This document shows, one piece after another, positions 1-11,000 of a stretch of DNA of 64,000 nt. Positions within the stretch are counted from its first letter, which is position 1. The number at the start of each line of letters is the position of its first letter. The DNA is from a virus (taxonomy: Duplodnaviria > Caudoviricetes), in IMG/VR virus record IMGVR_UViG_3300032330_001742, positions 1 through 64,000 of that record. One strand, written 5' to 3'. A program made the translations under genes and the position numbers. Under the pieces are notes generated by a model. That model saw only the letters and a program-made list of their open reading frames with translations. It searched no databases and was not told where the DNA came from.

Positions 1-117
1 AACCGTGAATACAAGCCAAAGAAGGACACAATTGAATACACAGTATTCGTCCGCTTTGGTATTCAATGGGAAGAACAGGATGCTATCGCATTTGCTGACG
101 CTGCTTCAGATTCATAA
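1..117 (+). CDS. Major capsid protein, C-terminal fragment (truncated by window start)
   Basis: Frame 1 reads NREYKPKKDTIEYTVFVRFGIQWEEQDAIAFADAASDS*, resembling an HK97-fold capsid C-terminus. Followed by a terminator and head-tail genes. Confidence 0.75.
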   Translation, partial: NREYKPKKDTIEYTVFVRFGIQWEEQDAIAFADAASDS

Positions 118-138
118 TCTGTAAACAGTAAAGATTTG

Positions 139-172
139 GGGGAGTAGGAGTTAACGCTCCTGCTCCCCTTAT
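139..172 (+). terminator. Intrinsic terminator after capsid gene
   Basis: GGGGAGTAGGAG-ttaacg-CTCCTGCTCCCC hairpin followed by TTAT. Confidence 0.75.
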
Positions 173-209
173 CAATTTAATGATATAATACTATTAAGGA
201 GGAATTACA

Positions 210-653
210 ATGTTTGATAATAAAGAAGAAATTAAAAACGAATCTCCAGTTGTTGAAACACCAGTTGTAGAATCACCAGTTGTTGAAGAGCCAGTAAAGG
301 CTGAAGAGGCACCTAAGGTTGAAGAAGCACCAAAAGCAGAAGAGCCAGCAGTAGTTGGAACAGACGCATTTGCACGATCAACAGCAGAAAAGCAACAGGT
401 TGGACCAGTTGCTGATGGAGCAATAGGAGTGGCTGCTGCAAAGCCAGCCCCTGCTAAAAAGTCTGCAGCACCTAAGAAGCCAGCAGTTGAAAAGGTGGCT
501 ATCCACTCAACAAGAAATGTAACTTGGGCAGGAGTTGGCAAGGTATACAATGGCTATAACTTGGTAACACCTGAAGAAGCAGAACAATGGCTTACAAGAT
601 CACATGTCCGCACAGCAACACCTGAAGAGGTTGCAAAGGAATTTGGTAAGTAA
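210..653 (+). CDS. Hypothetical virion-associated protein with Glu/Pro/Val/Lys-rich N-terminus
   Basis: TGATATAAT at 181, AAGGAGG SD, position between capsid and adaptor genes. Confidence 0.6.
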   Translation: MFDNKEEIKNESPVVETPVVESPVVEEPVKAEEAPKVEEAPKAEEPAVVGTDAFARSTAEKQQVGPVADGAIGVAAAKPAPAKKSAAPKKPAVEKVAIHSTRNVTWAGVGKVYNGYNLVTPEEAEQWLTRSHVRTATPEEVAKEFGK

Positions 654-657
654 GTAA

Positions 658-1569
658 ATGGAAGTATTGAGAGTTCCACCATATCCTATTACAACTACAT
701 GGACATTACCCATACCCAACTATGAGTATATTGTGTATGTTGAGGATTTGGTGGACCACTCAGTAACTGAAACCAACATCTTTTCAGATGCCAATGGAAA
801 GTTGATTTATGAAATACCTTTGGCGCAGGTCCAGTATGACCGTAAATTTTTTATTAAGTTTTATGATACAGAACATATCCATACACTCTATGAAGAAAAT
901 TTAGATATTGTTAGACCATACACAGATCCAAACAAACTTGGTACTACCGCATCAGAAATCCAAGAATACAAAACACTAGAAATGGTTGCAAGATCAATCA
1001 TTGATACAATCATAGTTAATGGATTTTATAACTCAAAACATATTGTTCAGCGTAATGGTGATGGGTCAGATTATTTTGCAATCTGGGAAGATATCAACAA
1101 GGTTTTGAAAGTATATGAAAATAATGTTTTGGTATATGACGTTGATCAGCCAGAACTTTCACCATTTGAATTTAGAGTTACATTTGATAACTCTGCAGTA
1201 GAAAGAGTTATTGCAGAAGGATTTAATAGGTCTGAGCAAGGAGCACAACAATATCCAAGAGCATTTGGAGACTTGGGTTATTCAGCAGGATCAATTGCCG
1301 TTGGTTTTCCAAAAGGCTGGGACTACACCTTTGTCCTTGATATTGGATACAGAGCATTGCCACCAGATGTTGAGTATGCAACAAAATTACTTATTGAAGA
1401 TTTGAAGTGTGGTAAATTAGATTATTACACAAGATATGTTTCATCATATAATTCAGATCAATTCAAAATTCAATTTGATAAAAAATTATTCGAAGGAACT
1501 GGCAATATGATTGTCGACAAGATTCTTGATAAGTATGCTGTCACAATCTCTAAGCCAGGATTGATCTAA
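658..1569 (+). CDS. Putative head-tail adaptor
   Basis: Synteny; C-terminal GY..LPPDVEYATKLL resembles gp6/gp15-like connectors. Confidence 0.55.
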   Translation: MEVLRVPPYPITTTWTLPIPNYEYIVYVEDLVDHSVTETNIFSDANGKLIYEIPLAQVQYDRKFFIKFYDTEHIHTLYEENLDIVRPYTDPNKLGTTASEIQEYKTLEMVARSIIDTIIVNGFYNSKHIVQRNGDGSDYFAIWEDINKVLKVYENNVLVYDVDQPELSPFEFRVTFDNSAVERVIAEGFNRSEQGAQQYPRAFGDLGYSAGSIAVGFPKGWDYTFVLDIGYRALPPDVEYATKLLIEDLKCGKLDYYTRYVSSYNSDQFKIQFDKKLFEGTGNMIVDKILDKYAVTISKPGLI

Positions 1570-2015
1570 TGCAATGCGAGGGAAAAGACTTTATGTTCCC
1601 TATGCAAGTAGATGTTTATTATCCTCTTGTTGAACAAGGCGCATATGGTAATGTTAAAAAGCAATGGATGATTAATAAAACTGTTGCATGTCATTTTACA
1701 ACTGCAGGCTTAAAAGCAAAAGAAGAAATTGTACCAAATATTAATATTACACAGGATACAATGCTAATCGGAAGAGTTAAAGCAGATATTAGAATTTCCG
1801 ATAAAGATGATGCAAAATCAATGACAAATATTATTCTGACAAATATACAGGATAGACAGTGTAGTCCTGTGTACCTAGAGACTTCAGGTCCAAGAGCAGG
1901 AAAGTCTACCATATTTGAAGTTGCATCACAAGAACCTCTTGTTGGACCATTTGGTTCAATTGAGTATTATAAACTTGTTCTGCGTAGATCAGAAAATCAG
2001 GCGGTAGATCTATGA
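1569..2015 (+). CDS. Putative head closure/stopper protein
   Basis: Synteny and size (148 aa). Confidence 0.45.
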   Translation: MQCEGKDFMFPMQVDVYYPLVEQGAYGNVKKQWMINKTVACHFTTAGLKAKEEIVPNINITQDTMLIGRVKADIRISDKDDAKSMTNIILTNIQDRQCSPVYLETSGPRAGKSTIFEVASQEPLVGPFGSIEYYKLVLRRSENQAVDL

Positions 2016-2686
2016 TAGCCGTAAAGTTTGACTCTAGAGCATTTGCCAAAGAATTAACAAATATAGTTCAGTACTCAGAAGGATTTCTTGAAGGAATACA
2101 ACTTGGCAAAAATCAATTTTTACATAATGTAGGATCTGCAGTTTTGGAGACAATGAAATCATATATTGATTCAAGTGCTAGGGTTAACCCTCAAATCCTT
2201 CACCATGTTTATGAATGGTCAAGAACTGGTAGTCCAGACTCAAGACTATATGATATTCATTACACAGTAAGCAATCTAGGGCTTTCTTTTAAATCAACAT
2301 TTTCTCAGTCTAGATCTATTAAGGCTGGATCAAATGTTCCTTTTTATAATAAAGCAAAAATTATGGAAGAGGGAATTCCCGTAACAATTAAACCAGTAAA
2401 AGCAGAAGTACTAGCATTTGATATTAACGGTGAAACAATATTTACTAAAAATCCAGTTACAGTTGAAAATCCTGGTGGAAATACACAAGGTCAATTTGAA
2501 AAAATATTTGATGAATTTTTTACTAAATACTTTACACAGGCATTTTTAAGAACTAGCGGTATCATGGAACAACTAAAAAATCCTATTGTGTACAAGAGTA
2601 ATATTAATGCTGGCAAGATGGCTGGCAAAAGTAAGGGCGTAGAAACAGGATATCGATGGATTGCTAATGTGAGGGTGGTTGCATAA
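2012..2686 (+). CDS. Putative tail completion/neck protein
   Basis: Synteny; ATGA overlap with previous gene. Confidence 0.4.
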   Translation: MIAVKFDSRAFAKELTNIVQYSEGFLEGIQLGKNQFLHNVGSAVLETMKSYIDSSARVNPQILHHVYEWSRTGSPDSRLYDIHYTVSNLGLSFKSTFSQSRSIKAGSNVPFYNKAKIMEEGIPVTIKPVKAEVLAFDINGETIFTKNPVTVENPGGNTQGQFEKIFDEFFTKYFTQAFLRTSGIMEQLKNPIVYKSNINAGKMAGKSKGVETGYRWIANVRVVA

Positions 2687-3219
2687 TGGCTATTTATCAT
2701 CCACCAACTTTTATTAATGCATATATAAAAGATAATACTAACGAGTTTAACTCTGGTACAGGTGTTCCATTTTTCCCAACTAGTCCAACATCAATAGATG
2801 ATTTAACAGAAACTTTTCCATTAATTCAAGGAACAGATGGTGCAGTATTTGCAGTGTATGACAGAATGCTTAGGATGAGAAGAACGCCATTTCCTCATAT
2901 AAAATCAGAAGAACTTATGTATTATTTTTATGGAACAAGCGCTAATTCTGTTGTTAATGTCATTAATGTAACTCAAAAAATTCAAGACCTATTAGACTAT
3001 GAGGATGAGTCTGCACAAGATCTTAATGATTGGATTAGGGACAAACAGTCATCAGATAATCCACTTAGAGATGAAAATGGTGAAATTTTACCATCAGTAT
3101 TTTTTCATAGACTCAGAGCCTTTCAGTTACAAGAAACAAGAGATATTATTAATTTTGGTACAGCCAGAACATATGCAGGTAATAAAATAATCATTGATTA
3201 TGACTGGCATAAATCTTAA
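2686..3219 (+). CDS. Putative tail terminator protein
   Basis: Directly upstream of the major tail gene. Confidence 0.45.
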   Translation: MAIYHPPTFINAYIKDNTNEFNSGTGVPFFPTSPTSIDDLTETFPLIQGTDGAVFAVYDRMLRMRRTPFPHIKSEELMYYFYGTSANSVVNVINVTQKIQDLLDYEDESAQDLNDWIRDKQSSDNPLRDENGEILPSVFFHRLRAFQLQETRDIINFGTARTYAGNKIIIDYDWHKS

Positions 3220-3285
3220 TAAACACTGTTATAATTAGTCTTGAGGAAACAAACGCCTTTATTCTATGAAAAAGAGGTGGAAAAA

Positions 3286-3900
3286 ATGGCAAGAGGTACT
3301 AGCAGTAATATCATCGTGGGAGCAGCACAACTGTTCACATATGAAGCAGGCCAACTCTCAGCAGGAGATCTTCCAGCATTCGTGTCAGGTACAGCATATG
3401 TAACTACACTTGGTGCTGATACAGACTTCCGTAACGTCGGATACACATCCAATGGTTTGGAAATTCAGTTCCAGCCAGACTTCGCTGAAGTAGCGGTAGA
3501 CCAAGTACTTGATGCTGCAAAACTGTTTAAGCAGGGAATGAAGGTCAACATGAAGACCACATTCGCAGAATCAACACTTGAAAATCTTTTGTTTGCACTA
3601 GCAGGCAAGGACTCAGACCTAGCAACAGTATCAGGAAATCCTACACTCAACATGTCAGCAGGCGAAATTGGCGAATGTCCAGTTGAGCGTGGTCTTGTTG
3701 CAGTTGGTCCAGGAACTGGTGACTGTGCAGAAGGTTCAAACTTGGAAAGAATTTATGCAGCATACCGTGCACTATCAATCGATAGCGTTTCAGTAGCAGC
3801 AAAGAGAGATGCAGCGACAATGTTCGACGTATCTTTCCGTCTTCTTCCAAACGACGATGGTTCATACGGTAAGATCGTAGATCGTACAGTAACACCATAA
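3286..3900 (+). CDS. Major tail (tube) protein
   Basis: ATG 3286 after GAGGTGG SD; NIIVGAAQLF and VGYTSNGLEIQFQP motifs typical of actinophage tail tubes; own promoter and terminator. Confidence 0.8.
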   Translation: MARGTSSNIIVGAAQLFTYEAGQLSAGDLPAFVSGTAYVTTLGADTDFRNVGYTSNGLEIQFQPDFAEVAVDQVLDAAKLFKQGMKVNMKTTFAESTLENLLFALAGKDSDLATVSGNPTLNMSAGEIGECPVERGLVAVGPGTGDCAEGSNLERIYAAYRALSIDSVSVAAKRDAATMFDVSFRLLPNDDGSYGKIVDRTVTP

Positions 3901-3916
3901 TACAACTTAATATATA

Positions 3917-3951
3917 AGAAGCCCAACCCTTCGGGGTTGGGTTTTCTTTTT
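3917..3951 (+). terminator. Intrinsic terminator with cUUCGg loop
   Basis: AGAAGCCCAACCC-TTCG-GGGTTGGGTTTTCT followed by a T run. Confidence 0.9.
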
Positions 3952-3959
3952 GGTATACT
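3951..3959 (+). promoter_or_regulatory. Extended -10 promoter, leaderless type
   Basis: TGGTATACT ends 6 nt before ATG 3966; no SD. Confidence 0.7.
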
Positions 3960-3965
3960 TGTTTG

Positions 3966-4643
3966 ATGGCAACTAAAGTATATGAAGAATATCCAGTAAC
4001 ATTATTTGACGGCACAGAAATTTTTGTGTCGCCATTAAAGATCAAATACTTAGATCAACTTATGGAAGCATTTAATGCTGTTCATAAAGCAGACGATGAT
4101 TTTGAAGCAATAGCAATTATGGTTGAGTGTACACGTATTGCAATGAAACAATTTTATCCAGAAATATCACAAACAGTAGAACAGATAGAAGATAACTTTG
4201 ATTTGCCAACTATTTATAAAATTTTAGATTATGCTGCTGGAATTAAAATAAATGAAGCAAACAGTGAGCCAGTAAAAGATCAAGCAGAAGAGTCTGGGCA
4301 GACGTGGGCTGATCTTGATCTAGTAAAGTTAGAGACAGAGGTTTTTCTTTTAGGGGCATGGAAGAATTATGAAGAGTTAGAAACCTCTATGTGTATGCCA
4401 GAATTACTTCAAACAATATCTATGAAAAGAGAATTGGATCATATAGAGAAAAAATTCTTGGCAGCCATGCAAGGTGTAGATTTAGACAAGGGCAAGGAAG
4501 ACGATAAATGGCAAGAAATGAAAAACAGGATTTTGTATAAAGGCAAAAGCGAAGATGATATTACAACACTTACTGGGCAAAGAGCAAATAATGCAGGATT
4601 TGGTATTGGTCTAGGTCTTGATTATGAAACAATAAATGATTAA
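3966..4643 (+). CDS. Tail assembly chaperone, long (GT-like) form
   Basis: Between tail tube and tape measure genes; first ~100 aa align by eye with the whole of 4695..5015. Confidence 0.7.
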   Translation: MATKVYEEYPVTLFDGTEIFVSPLKIKYLDQLMEAFNAVHKADDDFEAIAIMVECTRIAMKQFYPEISQTVEQIEDNFDLPTIYKILDYAAGIKINEANSEPVKDQAEESGQTWADLDLVKLETEVFLLGAWKNYEELETSMCMPELLQTISMKRELDHIEKKFLAAMQGVDLDKGKEDDKWQEMKNRILYKGKSEDDITTLTGQRANNAGFGIGLGLDYETIND

Positions 4644-4658
4644 AAATAAGCGTTCTTT

Positions 4659-4690
4659 GTGCTATAATTAACATAACCTTTAAAGGAGGA
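4659..4690 (+). promoter_or_regulatory. Extended -10 promoter plus strong SD
   Basis: TGCTATAAT at 4659 and AAAGGAGGA before ATG 4695. Confidence 0.7.
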
Positions 4691-4694
4691 ATAA

Positions 4695-5015
4695 ATGGCA
4701 ACAACTGTTCATGAAGAAAAGACAGTTACTCTGATAGATGGTACAAAGGTACCAGTCAGACCACTAAAGATATCTCTCCTTCGTCCTTTTATGAAAAAGT
4801 TCGAAGGCGTACAAGCAGTCGCAGAAGATAATGAAAAGTCAATGAACATTCTTATGGAATGTATTCAAATAGCAATGAAGCAATACAAGCCAGAACTTGC
4901 AGAAGATTTGGCAGCATTGGAAGATAATATGGATCTTCCAACTGTGTATAAGATTATTGAGGAAGCATCTGGAGTTAACCTTGCAGATACAGCAGTACTC
5001 AATGCTCTACCATAA
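4695..5015 (+). CDS. Tail assembly chaperone, short (G-like) form
   Basis: Immediately before the tape measure gene; paralogue of the 3966 N-terminus. Confidence 0.7.
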   Translation: MATTVHEEKTVTLIDGTKVPVRPLKISLLRPFMKKFEGVQAVAEDNEKSMNILMECIQIAMKQYKPELAEDLAALEDNMDLPTVYKIIEEASGVNLADTAVLNALP

Positions 5016-5040
5016 ATAAAAACTAAAGAGGTATACATGA

Positions 5041-8000
5041 ATGGCTGATGTCCAGTCAAATATAGTCGTTAATATCGACACTACTGCAGCGCTTGCAGAA
5101 CTAAAAGCATTGCAACGTCAGATATCAGCCTTTCATACCTCGATGGCAAAAACAGGTGCAGCAGGCACTGCAGTTTCTGCCAATATGCAACAAAATCTTT
5201 TAAACTCAATTAATGGTAGTGGCAAATTCTATGCTGAGATGACTCGCATAAAAACTACAACTGAAGCATTTAATACAGCACTTGCAAAAAATCAATTTTC
5301 AATGAAAGAATACTTCCGCTATGCGGGAGCAGCAACTACAACTTTTGGAAAACTTTTTAAACAAGAGCATGAAACAATAAATAAAGTTGCAAGAGAAAAT
5401 GTAAAAACTTTACAGACTCAATATATTAAGATGGGTCGAGATGCAAACGGCGCCCTAAGAGGAATTTCTGTAAGACCTCTAGCGCTAGACATGAATAATC
5501 TTCAAACACAAACAGCAATGGCAGCACAAAAACAAGCATTGCTTAATCAACTTTTGCGTCAGGGGTCTACTAATCTTCTAAACTTTGGTAAGAATACCCA
5601 GTGGGCTGGTCGCCAGTTGATGGTTGGTTTTACTGTACCGCTTATGTATTTTGGTGCAATGGCTGGCAAAACATTTATGCAATTAGAAGAACAAGCAATT
5701 AGATTTAAACGTGTATATGGTGACATGTTCACAACAAGTTCTGATGCTACTAAGGCATTAAAAGATGTTCAACTACTTGCAAATGAATTTACTAAATACG
5801 GTGTTGCCGTAGCAGACACTATGAAGATGGCAGCAGACGTTGCAGCAACTGGTAAAACAGGTGCAGACCTTCTTGCACAAGTATCTAATGCAAACAGATT
5901 GGCAGTTCTTGGTGGTATTGATCAGCAAAAATCTTTAGATACTATCATTTCGCTAACCTCAACATTTGGAATTGCAGCAGGGGATTTAGCAGGAAATATT
6001 GACTTCTTAAATGCTGTAGAAAACCAAACCATCCTTAATATTGATGACCTAACAACTGCTATTCCTAAAGCAGCACCAGTAGTAAAACAACTTGGTGGTA
6101 ATGTTCAAGACCTAGCATTCTTTATGACAGCAATGCGTGAGGGTGGTATTGATGCAGCACAAGGCGCAAACGCAATTAAATCTGCTCTTGCATCTATGAT
6201 CAATCCAACTAAAGCAGCAAAAGATATGCTTGCTGGTTTTGGTATTGATGTAGTTGGATTGGTTAATGCTGATAAAGGAAATGTCAAGAAGATGGTTCTT
6301 GACCTTGCAAATGCACTAAATACTTTAGACCCACTTAATCGTGCACAGGCAATTGAAAAAATGTTTGGCAAGTTCCAATTTGCTCGTGTTTCAACATTAT
6401 TTCAAAATGTTATTCAAGAAGGAAGCCAAGCACAAACTGTACTCGGTTTGACTAAAGCAACAACAGAAGAACTTGCAATTTTATCTGAACGAGAATTAAA
6501 TAAAATTTCAGAATCTCCAATGTATAAGTTTAAAAAAGAAGTTCAAGATCTTAAGGTTGCAATTGCTCCAATAGGTGGAGAGTTTATTAAAGCACTTACT
6601 CCAGTTCTAAAATTCTTTGGTGGAATATTTGATAAGTTTAATAATCTTGGAGATGGAACTAAAAAGTTTATAGTATTGCTTACAACATTGTTAGCGGGTA
6701 TTGGACCATTAGTACTTATGTCTTTTGGTTTGCTTGCTAACGGTATTGCAAATATTATTAAGATGTTTGTTGGAATTAAATCATTATTTAATGGAGTTGG
6801 CAAATCTTCAGCAGGACTTGGAGAACAGACTAATTTCTTAACTCAACAGCAAATGGAAAATGCTGCATCTGCTGCTTCACTTGATCAAGCACATCAAAGA
6901 CTTCAACAAAGATTTACTGCAGAAGCAGAAGCAGTTGCTTTGCTTACAGCAGCATATCAAGAATCAGTAGTTGCACAAAGAGCATTTGGTATGGCACCAC
7001 TTCCAACTGGTATGGCAAAACGACCACCAATGAGAATGGCAACTGGAGGAATTATTGCTGGTCCAGGAACAGGTAAATCTGATTCAATTCCAGCAATGCT
7101 TTCAAATGGAGAAGCAGTTGTTCCAGCAGAAAATGTAAAGAAGTATCCAGCACTTACTGCAGGATTAGTTGCAGGAAATATTCCAGGTTTTGCTGAAGGG
7201 TATTCTCCAGGAGGAACACCACAATATAGACCTTCTATGGGTAATAATTTTGTTATGCAAAGTGTTATTGCACAAAATCAAGCACGTGCAGCAGCATTAG
7301 AAGCACAAGCAGCAAGTACAATTGTTAGAGCAGCAAAAACAGAGTTTGCTCATATTGGATCTAGAACTGCAATTCCAGCAGGTCAACTTGCTGCACAACT
7401 TAACCAAATGGAAGGTGCCGTTACTGCAAGAGCGCTTAGAATGATTAATGCACTTGCTGTAAAATTTGGAGATGCATTATCAGTTAATGTTTATGGAAAA
7501 CTTGGAATGGCAACTGGTCAAACATCAACTGGAAAGAGTATTAATGGTTTGCTTGGAAAACCAGGCGGAGTTGCTAAATCAGAATTTTTAACTGACTTTG
7601 ATAAACAAGGTGTCAATAGATGGAAAACATCTGTTAAGGCTGCTGGTCTTAAAATGGAAAATGTTACAGCAGATCTTACAGTTCTTGATGCTGGAATAAA
7701 AGAATACCTTACAGTTGTAAATAAAGATGTTGCTATTACAGATGCAACAGTAAAAGAAGCCTATGATTATTCAGTCAAAAAAATGGCAGCAGATAATAAA
7801 GTTGTTACTGCATTTAACCAATTAGCAGTTACAGCAGGAGAAGCAAGAGTAAATATTTCTCAATCCCTTGCAGCAAAGTTTGGTCTTCAAAGTCTTGCAA
7901 CTACTGGAAGCAAACCAGCATTTGCAGTAGGAAATGAAAAGGTAAGAAGTGGTGGAGACAGACTCCCATTTATGAAGAGTGCTGGATTTAACATTGTAGA

Positions 8001-11000
8001 GGTTGCAAAAAATGCAGTTGTAACTGGTGCTAAAGAAGCACTAAAGATTGCTTCACCATCAAAGGAAATGCGTGTTGTTGGTGAGCAGGCAGGAACTGGA
8101 CTAATCCTTGGTGCAAAAGAAACAACTGCAAATGCAGCAAATGTTGGAAAAGAAATTGGTATGGCTATGTCTTCTTCTGCTATGCCAACAGGATCACAAG
8201 CACGAAATAGAGTAGCGCTATATGGATCTGGCCCAGTTGACGCTGATGCAAAATCAATTCGTAGACAATTGGAAACAGTTGCAAAAAGACAACTAGCAGA
8301 GTCAAAGAAACAACTTGCTTTAGATGAAAAAATTTCACAATCAAAACAACAACTTTATGGAACAACTGGACAAATTACTCAAGACATGCGTACACAAAGA
8401 AGACTTGCTGAATCACAAGCAAAAGCACTTCGTGTTGCATCAGCACAAAGAATAGGTGCAGAAGAAGAATATGCAGCATCTACACGTAAGAATCGATTCC
8501 AAGAATGGATAGCATCAAAACGTAAAGTACAAGCAACAGAAGCATCTACAGGAACAATGACTGGAAAAATTGGTGGTGGCCTTATGGCTGCATCAATGGT
8601 TGCAATGATGGGTTCTATGATGGGTGGAAAAATTGGAGAAATTTCACAAAAACTTATGATGCCGTTAATGGCAATGTCAATGATAGTTCCAATGCTTGGA
8701 AGCAAATTTGGAATGCTTGGCGTTGGAGTTGCTGCATTAACTGCAGCAGTTGTAGCGAATAGAATGGCATTCGATCATGCACAAGACACTACAATGCAAT
8801 TTGCTGAAGCAGTAGGGTCTGGAGCAGCAGCAATGGATCTACTTTCAAAGGCTGCAGGTAAAGTTTCTGCAACAGATATTATGGATAGAAGAAGATCTAA
8901 TCAGTTTGCACCACTACAAGTTGCAATTGGAAAATCTACTTTTGGAGAAACATTTGTTCAATCAGATCGTGGTAAGGCTTTAATGAAATCAATTGGACAA
9001 GATATAAAAACAAAGGGTAGCGCTGGAGCAAAAGGTGATTTAACTTCACAACTTGCAACTGCAGTTACATCTAAATCAATGACACTTGCTCAAGCAAGAT
9101 CTGCTGCTGCAGATATGGGTAAGCAACTTGGAGATATGTCAATCGGTATTGATGTTAATGCAAACCTTGTTAAAATGTTTGGTCCTAATGGTGAAAACTT
9201 AGAGAAGCAACCATACCAACTTCGTGCAGACTTAATTACTAATTCAATAAAAAATGTAAATCAAGCATCTTCAAATAGCAAGAATGCACTTTCTGTTGGA
9301 AACAAAACTGCTGATTTTGGTAGAAATGTAGTTGGTACTGTTGGTGGAGAAGTATTGGGTATGGGTGCAGGAGCAGCAGTTAGCGCTGCAGCAGCAGCAG
9401 CAGCAGGTGCAGCAGCAGGTAGTGCAATTCCAGTACTTGGAACTGTTATTGGTGGACTAATTGGAGCAGGTGTTGGATTCTTTATTAGTGAAAGAGCAAA
9501 GAGCAAGCGAATTGGTATGGCCTCTGGTGCAAATGTTTCAGCGGATAAAACTGCAATGGAACAATCAGTTCAAATGCTTGACTCATTGGATCTTGAATAT
9601 CAATCACGTATTGATTCTGCTCATGCAGCAGGTGATTTGACTAAAGAACTTGAACTACAGCAAGAGTATGAAAGAAATAAAACTCTATTACTTGAAAAAC
9701 AAGGAACTTTGGGAAGAACTATTCTTAGTAACTTTAAATCTCAGAGTGGTGAAATGCAAGGTGCAATGCTTACTGGTGCATATAAAGCAGTTACAAGTAA
9801 GTATAAAGGAACAGCACAAGAAGATACAGCAGCACTTGCTGCAGATAAATTAAAGGGTTCTGGTTTTTCAAAAGAAAAGCAATATGTAATTTCCATGAAG
9901 TTGGCATCTGGTGAATTTAGCCCACAAACAATTAATAACCTATTTGAAAAGTTTGGAAATGATAGTGCAACATTTAATTCAGTGTTACAACTTTCATATA
10001 AGTTTGGTGGAAAATTTGCAGACCAAGCAATGTCATTAACATCAATGATGACTAAGGGAGAAGCAGCAAAGTTAATTGTTGATTTGCAAGCCAAAAACCC
10101 TAAAGAGGCTGAAAAATATCTTAACTTTATGGGTGGAATTTCTGGTTATGGAGTTATCAATGAGGTAAAAGTAGCATTTGATTTCTTGCAAAAAAATCCT
10201 AAAGAAGCACAAAGACTTATGGATTTCCAAGACCAAGTAACTAAGGTTAAAGGAAAGATGGATCTTAAGATTGCTGGAAGCATACAGGGTATGACACCAG
10301 AAGAAATGGATTTGTTAAAAAAGAATGCTGATTATTTTGCGGGACTTCCAGCAGAACAACAAAAAACATTCTTAACAGTATTGTCTACACAGATGACATT
10401 CCATGGAGATCCAGCATATATTAAACTATACAAGAATTGGCTATCTGAGGGTAACACAGGAACTATTGCAGACTTTGATATTTGGAATGCTAAACACGTT
10501 ACAGACGCATCTAAGGGTATAACAACTACGGCACTTGATTCACAAAATACTGGTCCAACACAAGGACCTACAGCCTCACCATTAGATGATTTAATTAAAA
10601 AAATTAGAGACTTAAGAAAAGATCAGCAGGCACTTACAGTAGGCTGGGATGCCTCTATGAAGGCCATGAATGCACTATTCACTAATGCTAAAGGTAAAGT
10701 TCAGAACCTTGTTCCAAAGAAAGGCCAAAGCCCATTTAATGGTTTATCTAATCAATTAAGATCAAAGGGTATGTCTGAAGGCGCAATTGATTTCTTGACT
10801 GGATTAAGTCCAGAAGATTATAAAAAGGTTGGACCAAAGTTTATTGCAATTGATAAAAAGACTGGTGAAGTTAGACTTAAAAATGCTCAACAGTTAAATG
10901 CTCTTATTAACAATATTGCAGTTGGAGAATTCCAAAATGCAAGTGAAAAAATGATTAAGAATCTTACTAATCAAGATGTTGCACTTAAAAAACTTATGGG

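Noticed and set aside
4960-5040. Programmed -1 frameshift at the end of the short chaperone gene
   Set aside because: No XXXYYYZ heptamer near the stop and no room for a T ORF before the tape measure.
9361-9425. GCA trinucleotide run as a contingency locus
   Set aside because: Encodes an in-frame poly-Ala segment of the tape measure and reflects the GCA codon bias.
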